Assembly (NCBI GenBank): GCA_050950285.1
Contig: JBMNHG010000003.1
Location: 372,001-428,336 of the forward strand
Reading direction: 5' to 3'
Source: Kiritimatiellia bacterium
Lineage (GTDB): Bacteria; Verrucomicrobiota; Kiritimatiellia; RFP12; JBMNHG01
Length of the DNA: 56,336 bases
The translations under genes and the position numbers were made by a program. Within the stretch, counting starts at the first letter, position 1. Each line of letters starts with the position of its first letter. The notes beneath the pieces were generated by a model. It worked only from the letters and a program-made list of their open reading frames with translations, searched no databases and had not been told where the DNA came from. Shown here piece by piece: positions 27,815 to 39,670 of the stretch.

Positions 27815-30256
27815 GGACGGCCAGCAACCCGTCTACACCACCCGTGCCCTGGAGCGTGCCGGATAGGTCTTTGCCCCAGACGTAGTGGTTGGTTGTCGTG
27901 CCGGATGCGGTTGAAATCGTCTCTTGCACCAAATTCCAATCGTCATAGAGGTAGGTGTGCGTGGCGGTGGGGGTGACTTTCAACACGCGGCGGCTAAGAT
28001 GGTCGTAGGCGTTGGAGACGACGCACAGGCCGTTGGAATAGGCGGCGACGAGGCGGTTCTCGGCGTCATACGCATAGCTGAAACGCCCGTCCCACGTCAT
28101 ATTTCCGTCGAGATCGTATGCGGGAGAAATTTGGACAGGATTGACATGATTGACATGATTGGAAATCAGGAAATACTGGTTCAGTTCGTTGGCGGTGTAG
28201 ATGTTCGTGACGGCGTTAAGCGAGGTCCACAGCGCGTTGCCTATGTTGTCGAAGGCGTAGCGGTTGGTGTGGGCGGGCTGGATGATGGCGGATGTGACCT
28301 CGGAGCGGGCATTGTAATCAAAGGTGTCGGCGTTTCGTGACGTGACGCGGTCGAGGAGGTCGTAGGTGTAGGCCAGCGGATTGTACGGCACGCCGCTGGC
28401 GCTGTTGGTGATGGCTTTTACCAGACTGCGGCGGTAGGGGTCGTGGGTCAGGTTGCGGGCAAGTACGACGCCATTCGTCAAGTTCACCGAATAGCCAGCA
28501 TCCCAACCGTCGGAGGTGTAGGCGTAGGTGGCGCGGAAGGCGGTGTTGGAGACGGCGGAGTGCCGGTTCTCGGAGTCGTAGCCGTAATGGACGGGTGGCG
28601 CATCCTCGACGCGCAACGCCGCCAGGCGGTGGCGGTGGTCCAGGGTACGGGCCAGGGTCGCGGTGTCGCCGCCAACCATGGCCGTCTCGTTGGTGGCGGT
28701 GCCGAGGTGGCTGTTCTGGTAGGCGTATCGCGCGACGGCGTTGGAGGCAAAGGCGGGGCGCTGGAAGGCATCGTACCCGAGCGCGGCGGCAGGAGTAGCG
28801 TCGGAGTACGAGACGCCTGTCAACAGGCCGCCGGGGTTGTAGGCATTCTCCTTCCACGCTCCGCGAGCCCATGCCGTGCGGAGCGGTTTGCCGTCGGGGG
28901 TGTAGGCGTAGGAAACGGCTGATCCGTCGGCGTAGACCTTGTTGGTGGCAAGCCCCGTGGCGTGGTCGTAGTTCCAGGCGGTGAGATCGAGGGACGCAGG
29001 GGACGCAAGGGATGCGAGGGACGCGCCTCCGGCAAGCTGGACGGCGAGGGCGGCGAAGCCGGCGGCGTTGCCTCGGGCGGTGGCGAGGGCGGCCGTGCGG
29101 CCGGCGGCGTCGTACCCGTAGGCCACGGGGTAGGCCGCGCCGGTGGCGGCAACCGGACGCCCGAGGGCGTCGTAGGTGTTGGTGACGGTGTTGCCGAGGG
29201 CGTCGGTGCGGGACGTTTCGCGGCCGAAGGCGTCGAAGGTTCTCGATCCAGTGACGTGCAGATCGTCGTCGTAATAATAAATGCCGTAGTGGGTCTCGTT
29301 GTCGGACTCGTCGAGTCCCGACCAGCGGAAATGGGAATAGACGCCCGTTTCAGGGTCGCGCGTTTCCGAGTATGCAACGCGCCCGAGCGGATCGAAATAG
29401 TTGTAAACGGTTTCGCGCAGCGATCTCGCGGTCGAATCGTGAACGCCCGAACTTCGAGACGGTGGCGGAGCGGCGTCGCCGCATCGGTGGCGCGAACCGT
29501 CGTCACCTCGCAGGTCTGCGGGTTGTAGCTGCCCGATTCCGTCGTCGTCGAGCCGTTCGGGCCGGTGTTCACCGTGCGGCTCCGCAGGGCGTTGGACAGC
29601 CCCGTCAACTGGCGGCGGGTCGTCGCGACGGCGTTGGTGACGCCCCCGAGCGACGTGCTGCGGACGTCCACCCGCCACCATGCCCCGGCGATGTTCTCGT
29701 AGCGGGTCTCAGACGCGGTCTTGACGCCGCTTTGGACGGTCGCCGCCATCTCGCCGCGTTCGTCGTAGAGGTAGGTCGTGGCGGGCTGTCCGGTCGTTTC
29801 CGAGCGAACCAGGCGCGAGGTCGCGCCGTCGTAGGCGTTCGAGGTGACGAGCCAGGCGCCCGCAGTGCCGGGCCTCAGCGTCGCGACCGTGCGCCCGAGG
29901 AAATCGCTGTGCGAAATTTGATTCGTGACCGCGTTCGGTGAATCGGACGCCTCGGTGACGGAGAAGGATCGCCGTGTTCCGTCGGCGGCGTAATCGCTCC
30001 ACGAGGTTTCGCGCGTCCAGCCGCCGTCCCAGCTTCGGATGGCGATGGAACGCCCGTTCCGGTAGGCGATGTTCGTGCTCGCCACGACGCAAACGTCGGG
30101 GTTCGCCGGCGAGAACGTCAGGGTGACGCTCTCCTCGCGGTCGGCGTGCGACGTGCGCGTCGTGACCGTGCGAACCCCGCGCCGGTCGACATGGACGGCG
30201 TGGTCGCCGATGCCGTCGGGGTACGTCGTCGTCTCGGACGCCGCGAAGCCGAGCGC
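27815..30256 (-). pseudogene. Toxin-less duplicate of the Rhs2 core
   Basis: Direct-repeat copy of about 32448-34897; five extra nt at 29420-29472; similarity stops after GGVDGLLAV, before the DxxG motif; no native 5' end. Confidence 0.88.
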
Positions 30257-30450
30257 ATTTACATATCCCAGCGCATTATAGGTGCAACTGAAAATGCACA
30301 CGAACACAATGCGAAATCGCCACCCTCCACAGAATTCCACTATGGCATGAAGCTTACTGGGATTTTTAACGGCACCATTCATTTTGTAGCGTTTTCCAGA
30401 TTCTCTCCTTGGATTTCTGAAACGGGAATTGCTTCCAACACATCGCTGTA

Positions 30451-30837
30451 TTATTGCCCCCTGTCTTCCAAAAAGCGAAGAACAACCTCCCCGTCCGTGA
30501 TTTCAAACATCAAATACCAATACACGCCAAAACCTCTTGGCATATGTTTTTTAACCTCGACATTCCTCCGATGAAAAACACCGTCTTCTGTTTGCCACTC
30601 GACTTGTGCAACTTCCGGGATTGGAACTTCTGGAGAATGGTGTACAGAAGCGCGACCTGCTCCAATCATGCCTCCAACCGACTGAAACCCATCGTATGAA
30701 ACATGGGCTTTGTAGATCATGTTTTCGGTTTTGTTTCTTATCCCGACCGCATAGTCCTGTGTCATGCATCCCCCAAGCGCCAACATCATAATGGAAAGCG
30801 TCGCTGCTGGAAAAATACGTGTCGCCCTTTCTTTCAT
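30451..30837 (-). CDS. Lipoprotein, putative immunity protein, copy 2
   Basis: Lipobox LGGC; near-identical to 30925-31320. Confidence 0.85.
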   Translation of the reverse strand: MKERATRIFPAATLSIMMLALGGCMTQDYAVGIRNKTENMIYKAHVSYDGFQSVGGMIGAGRASVHHSPEVPIPEVAQVEWQTEDGVFHRRNVEVKKHMPRGFGVYWYLMFEITDGEVVLRFLEDRGQ

Positions 30838-30924
30838 GGCAATCTCCTCGTTTGCTGGTCCTTATGGGTAATCGATGTCCCGGGGCCCCGTGCCTCGCGT
30901 TCATTTGCGCCAAGGCTCATGGTT

Positions 30925-31320
30925 TCATCTGAAACCCGAAGGCATTTCATAGTACTCCTCGAAAAGGAGGACAACCTTCCCGTCCGTGATTTCAAACATC
31001 AAATACCCTTTAAAACCTCTTGGCATGTTCTTTTTAACCTCGACATTCCGCCGGTGAAAAACACCGTCTTCTGTTTGCCATTCGACTTGTGCAATCTTGG
31101 GTATGGGGACTTCCGGTGAAAGGTGTACGGAATCACAGCCTGCTCCAATCATGCCTCCAACCGACTGGAACCCATCGTATGACACATGGGCTTTGTAGAT
31201 CATGTTCTCGGTTCTGTTTCTTATACCGACCGCATAGTCCCGTGTCATGCATCCCCCAAGCGCCAACATCATAATGGAAAGCGTCGCTGCTGGAAAAATA
31301 CGTGTCGCCCTTTCTTTCAT
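30925..31320 (-). CDS. Lipoprotein, putative cognate immunity protein of the Rhs2 lipase toxin
   Basis: MKERATRIFPAATLSIMMLALGG-C; GAGGAG RBS; immediately downstream of the toxin stop. Confidence 0.87.
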   Translation of the reverse strand: MKERATRIFPAATLSIMMLALGGCMTRDYAVGIRNRTENMIYKAHVSYDGFQSVGGMIGAGCDSVHLSPEVPIPKIAQVEWQTEDGVFHRRNVEVKKNMPRGFKGYLMFEITDGKVVLLFEEYYEMPSGFR

Positions 31321-31344
31321 GGCAATCTCCTCGTTTGCTGGTCC

Positions 31345-34300
31345 TTATGGGTAATCGATGTCCCGGGGCCCCGTGCCTCCGGTGTCGTGCATGACCGGAT
31401 CGCTTGCGCCGATGTCTTCGGGATTGAGCGGCCCAAAGGGCACGCCCACTCGGATGGCCTCGTGATACATCCAGTTCAAGGCGAAATTCGATCGGTCTCC
31501 AACGTCATATCCTCCGCCGATATCAGAATGCGAGCCCCGGAAGGGACGTTCAACGATTCTTGGATCGACACCGGTCCCGTCCGGATCCAAAACGGGCGAG
31601 AGGGGGAACATGCCGCGATATTCATCTTGGGCAATCGCATGGCGAACCTGTTCCACGCTGCCGGGGATGGAGAGATCGTATCCGAGGTTTACGCCATTTC
31701 CGGGTATCCCAAAGGAGGCCACCGTGTCAAAAAGGCCCAGGAAGCGAATCGTCACGGGGCAAACAATTTCCTTGCCGTTTTTCGTCGTTCTGGGCACGCC
31801 GCCTTGCTCGTTGATGTAATTCACGAAATCGCGCGCAAGCGCCGCGCCACGACTGAAGCCGATGACATCAATTTTCTGGTTGTTGCCAGTTGGATCAGGT
31901 ATATTGTAAATCCTCACAAGCTCGCGATACATAGAATGCACTCGGTTTTTACCACCAGCACCTGTTATGCCGCCGATCACCCTTGTCAAGGGGGCTGTTC
32001 CAATTCCTTTTTTATAAATCTTCCTTCCCGTATAAGCTTCATATAGCTTGGCGACATTGGTCGGACGCGTCATTTTGTCCTTGTCATTCCAGGTTCCATC
32101 AAAGGCATACAAGGCAAGCCCCAGCAAATCCACGGCGTTCACTCCATCATTCCTGCAAAACGCATACAGATTCACCCCGCCTCGTTCCCTGATGGGGTCG
32201 CGGCTGAGCCAGCGGTGCATAACGGGATCGTAGAATCGGTAGCCGTAGTAGTAGATGCCCGTTTCGGAGTCGTAGTATTTAGTGCTGAAACGATGGGCGA
32301 AGGCATCCGCCATACTGCCGGATTGGGCTATGGTACCACCGAAGGCATCATAAACATATTCCGCCACGATAGAACCGGTTTTATCGGCATAGGCCGTGAT
32401 ATTCCCGTTGTTATCGTAGAACGGGAAGTACCATGCGCTACCCATCTGTACCGCCAGGAGTCCGCCGACGCCGCCCGCGCCCTGGAGCGTGCCGGATAGG
32501 TCTTTGCCCCAGACGTAGTGGTTGGTGGTCACGCCCGAGGCGGTGGCGACGATTTCGAGAACCGGCAGCCAGCCGTCATAAACAAATCCCCGTGTCTCCG
32601 CGCCTCCGCGTGAGACTTTCAACACCCTTCTGCTCATGTGATCGTAGGCGTTGAAGACTACGCACAGGCCGTTGGAATAGGCGGCGACGAGGCGGTTCTC
32701 GGCATCATACGCATAGCTGAAACGCCCGTCCCATGTCATATTGCCGTCTAAATCGTATACGGGAGAAATTTGGACAGGATTGACATGATTGACATGATTG
32801 GAAATCAGGAAATACTGGTTCAGTTCGTTGGCGGTGTAGATGTTCGTGACGGAGTTAAGCGAGGCCCACAGCGCGTTGCCTATGTTGTCGAAGGCGTAGC
32901 GGTTGGTGTGGGCGGGCTGGATGATGGCCGCCGTGACTTCGCTTCTGGCGTTGTAATCAAAGGTGTCGGCGTTTCGTGACGTGACACGGTTAAGCAGGTC
33001 GTAGGTGTAGGCCAGCGGATTGTACGGCACGCCGCTGACGCTGTTGGTGATGGCCGTGACCAGGCTGGCGGCGGTACCGGTCGCGGGTCACGGTAGCGGG
33101 CAGAGAACGATCGCCGTTCGTCAAGCGTCACCGAGTATCCCGCGTCCCAGCCGTCGGCAGGTGTAGGCGTAGCTGGCGCGAGAAGGCGGTCGTTCGAGAC
33201 GGCGGAGAGACGGCTTCTCGGAGTCGTAGCCGTAATGGACGGGGGCGGCATTGCCGCTGCGCAGTTCCGCCAGGCGGTGGCGGTTGTCCAGGGTGCGGGC
33301 CAGGGTCGCGGTGTCGCCGCCAACCATGGCCGTCTCGTTGGTGGCGGTGCCGAGGTGGCTGTTCTGGTAGGCGTATCGCGCGGCGGCGTTGGAGGCGGAA
33401 GCAGGGCGCTGGAAGAGGTCGTATCCAAGCGAGACGGCAGGAGTGGCGTCGGAGTACGAGACGCCTGTCAACAGGCCGCCGGGGTTGTAGGCATTCTCCT
33501 TCCACGCTCCGCGAGCCCATGCCGTGCGGAGCGGTTTGCCGTCGGGGGTGTAGGCGTAGGAGACGGCTGATCCGTCGGCGTAGACCTTGTTGGTGGCAAG
33601 CCCCGTGGCGTGGTCGTAGTTCCAGGCGGTGAGATCGAGGGACGCAGGGGACGCAAGGGATGCGAGGGACGCGCCTCCGGCAAGCTGGACGGCGAGGGCG
33701 GCGAAGCCGACGGCGTTGCCTCGGGTGGTGGCGAGGGCGGCCATGCGGCCGGCGGTGTCGTACCCGTAGGCCACGGGGTAGGCCGCGCCGGTGGCGGCAA
33801 CCGGACGCCCGAGGGCGTCGTAGGTGTTGGTGACGGTGTTGCCGAGGGCGTCGGTGCGGGACGTTTCGCGGCCGAAGGCGTCGAAGGTTCTCGATCCGGT
33901 GACGTGCAGATCGTCGTCGTAATAATAAATGCCGTAGTGGGTCTCGTTGTCGGACTCGTCGAGTCCCGACCAGCGGAAATGGGAATAGACGCCCGTTTCA
34001 GGGTCGCGCATTTCCGAGTATGCAACGCGCCCGAGCGGATCGAAATAGTTGTAAACGGTTTCGCGCAGCGATTCGCGTTCAATCGTGCGCCCGAACTTCG
34101 AGACGGTGGCGGATGGCGTCGCCGCATCGGTGGCGCGAACCGTCGTCAGTTCGCAGGTCTGCGGGTTGTAGCTGCCCGATTCCGTCGTCGTCGAGCCGTT
34201 CGGGCCGGTGTTCACCGTGCGGCTCCGCAGGGCGTTGGACAGCCCCGTCAACTGGCGGCGGGTCGTCGCGACGGCGTTGGTGACGCCCTCGCGCGACGTG

Positions 34301-37300
34301 CTGCGGACGTCCACCCGCCACCATGCCCCGCCGATGTTCTCGTAGCGGGTCTCGGACGCGGTCTTGACGCCGCTTTGGACGGTCGCCGCCATCTCGCCGC
34401 GCTCGTCGTAGAGGTAGGTCGTGGCGGGCTGTCCGGTCGTTTCCGAGCGAACCAGGCGCGAGGTCGCGCCGTCGTAGGCGTTCGAGGTGACGAGCCAGGC
34501 GCCCGCAGTGCCGGGCCTCAGCGTCGCGACCGTGCGCCCGAGGAAGTCGCCGTGGGCGATTTGATTCGTGATCGCGCCCGACGAATCGGACGCCTCGGTG
34601 ACGGAGAAGGTGCGCCGCGTCCCGTCGGCGGCGTAGTCGCTCCACGAGGTTTCGCGCGTCCAGCCGCCGTCCCAGCTTCGGATGGCGATGGAACGCCCGT
34701 TCCGGTAGGCGATGTTGGTGCTCGCCACGACGCAAACGTCGGGGTTCGCCGGCGAGAACGTCAGGCTGACGCCCTCCTCGCGGTCGGCGTGCGACGTGCG
34801 CGTCGTGACCGTGCGAACCCCGCGCCGATCGACGTGGACGGCGTGGTCGCCGATGCCGTCCGGGTACGTCGTCGTTTCGGAAGCCGTGAAGCCGAGCGTC
34901 CCGCAATCGGGGGTGACGGCGTCCCCGGGCTCGCCGACCGCCGTCACGACGGTGTTGGTCTCCCTGCCGAGGGCGTCCATGAAATGCATCGTCGTGCGAT
35001 GGCCGTAGCCGTATCCGGGCAACTGGGCAAGCGACACCTCTTCCATGGCGTAATAGAGGTGGTCTTTGCCGGTTTCGGCGGAGCGGAGGGTCTTGAAGCC
35101 GTCGCGATCCTGCGTCCAGAGCAGGCGGCAGCAGGAGTAGGCGTTGGTGGAGATGGAGCCGTCGGAGTAGAGCGTGGAGCGGAGGCGGTTCTTGTCGTCG
35201 TAGAGGTGCGCCTGCCAGTCGAGCGTGGCGCCGGTGGCGTGAAGGAGGGTTGCGGAGTAGAGCGTCGTGCCGTGCGCGGCGTCCTGGATGGTCAGGTCGG
35301 ACGTATCGGACGGATTGGACCGATACCAGCGCCGGGCGATCGTGCGGAGCGCGGTTTTTGCGCCGCCGGGGGCGAAGGTGCGGGTGGCGGGGTCGTAGTC
35401 GCCGAGGGCGTAGTCGCAGGTCGTGGTCACGCCGTCTTCGTCGGTGGATTCGAGCGGGCGGCCGCGCAGGAGCAGCGGGATGCCGGGGGCGTCGGCGTCG
35501 AAGCGGGTGGCGGTCGAGACGGCGTTGCCGGGGTCTCCGAAAGCGGCGTCCGGGGAACAGGCGCGGACCGTCTTCACGGTCGCGAAGGCGCGGCCCACCG
35601 TGTCCGTGCCGACGGTATGGACGTGCCACGTGCGCCCGATGCACGCCGCCGCGCCGTCGCGGACGAGGTGGCGCGACTCGGTGCGGACGGAATCGAGGGC
35701 GGCGAGCGGATTGGAATCGCCCGCCAGCGGCGCGTAGTCGGAGACGGTGGCGATGGCGGCCAGGCCGGGGTGATCGGACAGATCGGAGAGATCGGACGGG
35801 GCGGCCCAGTTCGCAAGCAGCCAGGGGACCTCCGAGCCGTCGAATTGGTCGAGGCGCAATATCTCGCGGCCTTCGTCGTCCCAGGCCTGGTAGCTCCAGG
35901 GTCGCGACTCGCCCCAAACGAGGCGGGGGCGTCCGTTGCGGCGGGGATGGGCGTCGTCCTCCCAGCAGGTGGCGTGGTCTTCGACCAGGCCGGGTTCGCC
36001 GTCGGGCTCGAGGCCGAGCGTGGCGTGGTAGGTCTGGCGGAGCGTCGCGTCCTGCCCGCAGCCGAAGCGCCGGGACTCGGCGACGTCCCGCGAGAGGATC
36101 GCGCCGGCGGCGTCGCGCACGATGCGTTCCTCGCGGAGGACGCCGTGGGGGCCGTCGTCGAGCGTGTCGGTGCGGAGCACTTGCTCTGAGGTCTGCGCGA
36201 TGTTGTCGAAGCACGCCCACTCCCCATCCCCACGATATGAGTAGACGACGTCGCGCATGACGTTGTCCCGGCGGCTGATCTTCTTGAACGCGATTTCACC
36301 CGGACTGCCGCCGACGTTGGCGATCTCCCAGACGTGCTCCAGTTCGTCGCCGGCGGTCTTGCGGACGGCGATCCGGACGCCATGGGCGATCGGTTCGACG
36401 ACGACGGTGCGGCCTCGGGCGTCGGAGCAGGCGATGGTGCGGGTTCCGCCGGCGGCGCTTTCGGCGACGGCGGCGTCGTCGCGGGCGAGCAGGTTGAAGG
36501 TGGCGGGCGCGACGAGCAGCGGCTCCGTCGCCCGGAACCAGAGGAAGCCGGAGACCTGGCCGTCGCGGGGGATCCCGAGGGGGATGCGGAAGGCGAGCGA
36601 GCCGAGGCCGTCGCCTTCGAGGCCGTCGCAGTCGCCGTCGGCGCAGCCGGACGCGCAGTCGCCGCATTCGTCGTAGAAGGGGTCGTGGCATCTTTCGCCG
36701 ACGCGGTGGATGGCCTCCCCGCTCCAGACCGGCCTGCCGTCGAAGAAGATGGTGCCGGTGGCGCGAAGGCCGTCGTCTTCGACGGTTTCGTCGAAGTACG
36801 CGGCCAGCGCCGGGTCGCCGTAGCCGATTTCGGCCCTGCAGTCGCACGGGTGGCCGCCCGTGGCATCCTGCCGCCAGCCCTCCCGGAGGCACCGGCTGTC
36901 GAGGGGGTAGTCGGAAGCGGGCTCGTAGTCGCCCGTCGCGGCGTCGAAGAAGAGCGTGGTCCCGCATCCGCCGTGGCGGCCGTCGCCGTAGGCGATGCGG
37001 GGCTCGAAGAAGAGGAGGCGTTCGACCGGGCCTTCCCCGGGGTCGCCCCTGCCGCCCGCGCCCCGGGCGCCCCGCCGCGCCGGGGGCGGCGCGGGGGCGA
37101 TCGTGCATCCGGGCACGTCGTAGATGCCGGGCGCCTTCGCCGCGAGCGAGCCGCCCGTGAAGCCGCCGTCCGGCGTGAAGACGAGGCGGGCTTCGCCGGG
37201 GAACGGGTCGAGGAGCGCGGCCTGCTCCATCTCGGAGGGCGCGGCGCGGCAGGGGCGGTTGGAGAAGTCGTAGCGGACGCCGACCGACGTCCCGCCGCCC

Positions 37301-39045
37301 GTCCATTCGACGGCCTGGCAGCGCGCGCCGTTGATTTCCGCCGCCGCCCCGGCGCCGTCCACGAGGACGCCCGGCGCCCAGGCCAGCAGGTACAGCGGCT
37401 GTGGGCAGGTCGAATTCGTCGAGGTGGCGCGGAGCGCGAGGGTCAGTTGCAGCGCGTTCGTCGACACGGGGAGCCAGAGGCTGTCGTCGGGCGGCGAGGC
37501 GGTCGCGGTGCCGGAGCCGCCTTCGGAGTCGGCCCACTCGAGCGCCATGCCGTCGAGCGACCAGCCTGCGGGCGCATTCGAGGAGGCGGAGAGGAAGTAC
37601 TGCTGCCAGCCGCCTTTGCGGTCGATCGTGAAGGTGCGTTCGTACACCCGGTTCGTGCCGTCGGCGGGGAGGTCGCACCGGAAGGCGTCGAAGAGCTTGA
37701 GGGAGGCGAGGTTCCAGGCGAGGTTCGTCGGAGCGGAAGCCTCCGCGAAGGGGTCCATGCCCGCGGCGATCTTCGTCGAGAGCGGGAAGCCGGTTCCGCC
37801 GGGGTCGAAGGCGAGGCTGTCCACCGCGTTGGTGCCGCCGAACTTCGCCGTTTCGCAGGCGTCGGGGATGCCGTCGCCGTCGAGGTCGTCGGGCGGCGTC
37901 GGGGACAGCGGGTCGGGGTCGGAGCCGTCGACGAGCCCGTCGCCGTCGGTGTCGCGGAGCAGCGGACTCGTTCCGGCGGCGACTTCGGCGCCGTCCAAAA
38001 CGCCGTCGAGGTCGGTGTCGGGCAGGCGGGGGTCGGTGCCGTGGACCATCACCTCGTCGCAGGTGGAGAGTCCGTCGCCGTCGTGGTCGGCGATGTCCGG
38101 GTCGAGCATGCCGAAGGCGCGCCAGTGGAGCTCGAGGCCGTGGACGAGGACGCCCGTGCCGCCGAAGGCGAAGGTCTCGCCGCCGCCGCCGTGCTGGGCG
38201 CCGACGACCCAGTTGGTGGCGGGCAGCGCGTTGGTGGCGGACAGCCGGGACAGGTCGTAGCGGTAGACGAAGTCGCCGGAGGGGAAGAGTTCGGCCTGGA
38301 AGGTGACGGGGAGGCCGGCGTCGCGGCCGGCGAAGACGTCCTGCCAGGCGAGCAGCAGGCTGTTGGAGGCGGTCGGGGCGTGCCAGAAGCGTCCGGCCGG
38401 CGGGACGATGCCGAGGGAGGTCTGCAGGGGGGCGAGGAAGTCGAGGCCCGAGCCGTCGGGCATCCGGCGGGCGCGGGGCGAGCCCTTGGGCCAACCGAAG
38501 GAGAGCGTGCCGCTGCTGGAGACGTGCAGCCCCCCGACGCGGTTGGTGCCGAGGGTGAAGGACCAGTTGGTGGCGGGGAGCCAGAAGGTGTCCTCGGCCA
38601 CCCCGTAGCGGGTCCAGGGGGCGTGGACGACGGCGTTCGACGGGACGGAGGCCAGGGCGGGAGACGGATTGGTGGCGACGCGCGCGAGCGCGAAGCCGGC
38701 CCGGTATTGGTCGGCGGTCAGGCGGGGGCCGGAGGAGGGGCCGCGCGCGGGCCGCGCCGGGAGGCCGCCGGAGACCATGCCCGCCGGGGGAGGGCCGTGA
38801 AACAGGGCGTTGCCGCCGGGCGGCACCTTCGGGACGCCGTGCAGGGTGGCGACCACCAGGAGGGCGGAGAGCGCCGCCCTGACGGAGGGCGCAAGCGAGC
38901 GGAACCGGTCGCCGAGAGCGCGGAAGAGGCGGCGCAGGCCGGGCGACGTCCCGGCCCAGGCGCCGAGGCAGAAGAGCAGCGGCACGCCGGCCAGCAGGCA
39001 GGCGCCCGCGAACATCCAATGGCGTATCGACTGCAGGAGTCCCAT
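31345..39045 (-). CDS. Rhs polymorphic toxin (Rhs2) with N-terminal hydrophobic segments, DxDGDG repeats and Tle1/DUF2235-type lipase C-terminus; frame broken at about 33060-33220
   Basis: ORFs 33121-39045 and 31345-33030 are in the same frame. Core RWLSRDPIRERGGVNLY...DLLG, then FDGTWND, TNVAKLY, GFSRGAA, GLFDTV, HAIAQDEYR, GSHSDIGGG. Confidence 0.88.
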
Positions 39046-39261
39046 GGCTCTACCGCAGAAGGATCACGGCGCCGTCGGCGGCACAGGCGGCGACGGCCCG
39101 GAGAAAAACGGCGCGCCGCCGGAACCGCGGCCCAAGGAGGAAATGCAACCTGCATCCATGGTGGGGAGCGTAGCACGGGCCAACGCCGGCGGCAACCCTT
39201 GTTTTCCTTTCCCGAGGCTCTTGCGAAACCGAGCCGGACGACACGGAGGTCGTCCCTCCAG

Positions 39262-39333
39262 CCGGCCCGCCGGGGACGGCGGTCCCCAGGCAGCCCGCCC
39301 ATCCATCCGGCCCGCCGGGGACGGCGGTCCCCA
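39262..39333. repeat. Two 27-bp direct repeats with an internal hairpin (REP-like)
   Basis: ccggcccgccggggacggcggtcccca at 39262-39288 and 39307-39333; ggggac...gtcccc stem. Confidence 0.7.
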
Positions 39334-39342
39334 TCCAGCCCG

Positions 39343-39656
39343 CCCGCCACGTCGTTGCCCGAGGCAAGCCGGTCGGCGAAATGTCCGGCAAGGGCCGCGC
39401 GCCGCCCTGGGCGCGGAGTCTGGAGACGGGGGGGTGCGCCGACACCGCCAGCGGGATGATGGACGACGCGAAGACCAGGAGACCAAGCGAACGGGGGTTT
39501 CCAACCATCCCTCTCTCCTCTTTGCCATGTCGCGGACGGCCCGCGCGGGAAGGGGGCCCGCAGCCAGGACGGGGACGGCGAAGCGACCGACGCCATCGCA
39601 CTGCCCCACGATGGGGAAACCGTGTCAGGCGACCGACCCCCCCGGATGCGCAAGGG
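39343..39656 (-). pseudogene. Decayed duplicate of the leader and 5' end of the 9413-10942 gene
   Basis: Matches 10578-11083 with a 200-bp deletion between cgccc microhomologies at 10638-10642 and 10838-10842. Confidence 0.9.
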
Positions 39657-39670
39657 GGATTCACTGAGGT

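Noticed and set aside
27815..34897. Diversity-generating retroelement template/variable repeat pair
   Set aside because: No reverse transcriptase in the window, the repeat is kilobases long, and the differences are not confined to adenines.
39262..39333. Mini CRISPR array
   Set aside because: Only two units with an 18-bp gap and no cas genes; the 321-417 repeat is likewise a coding duplication.
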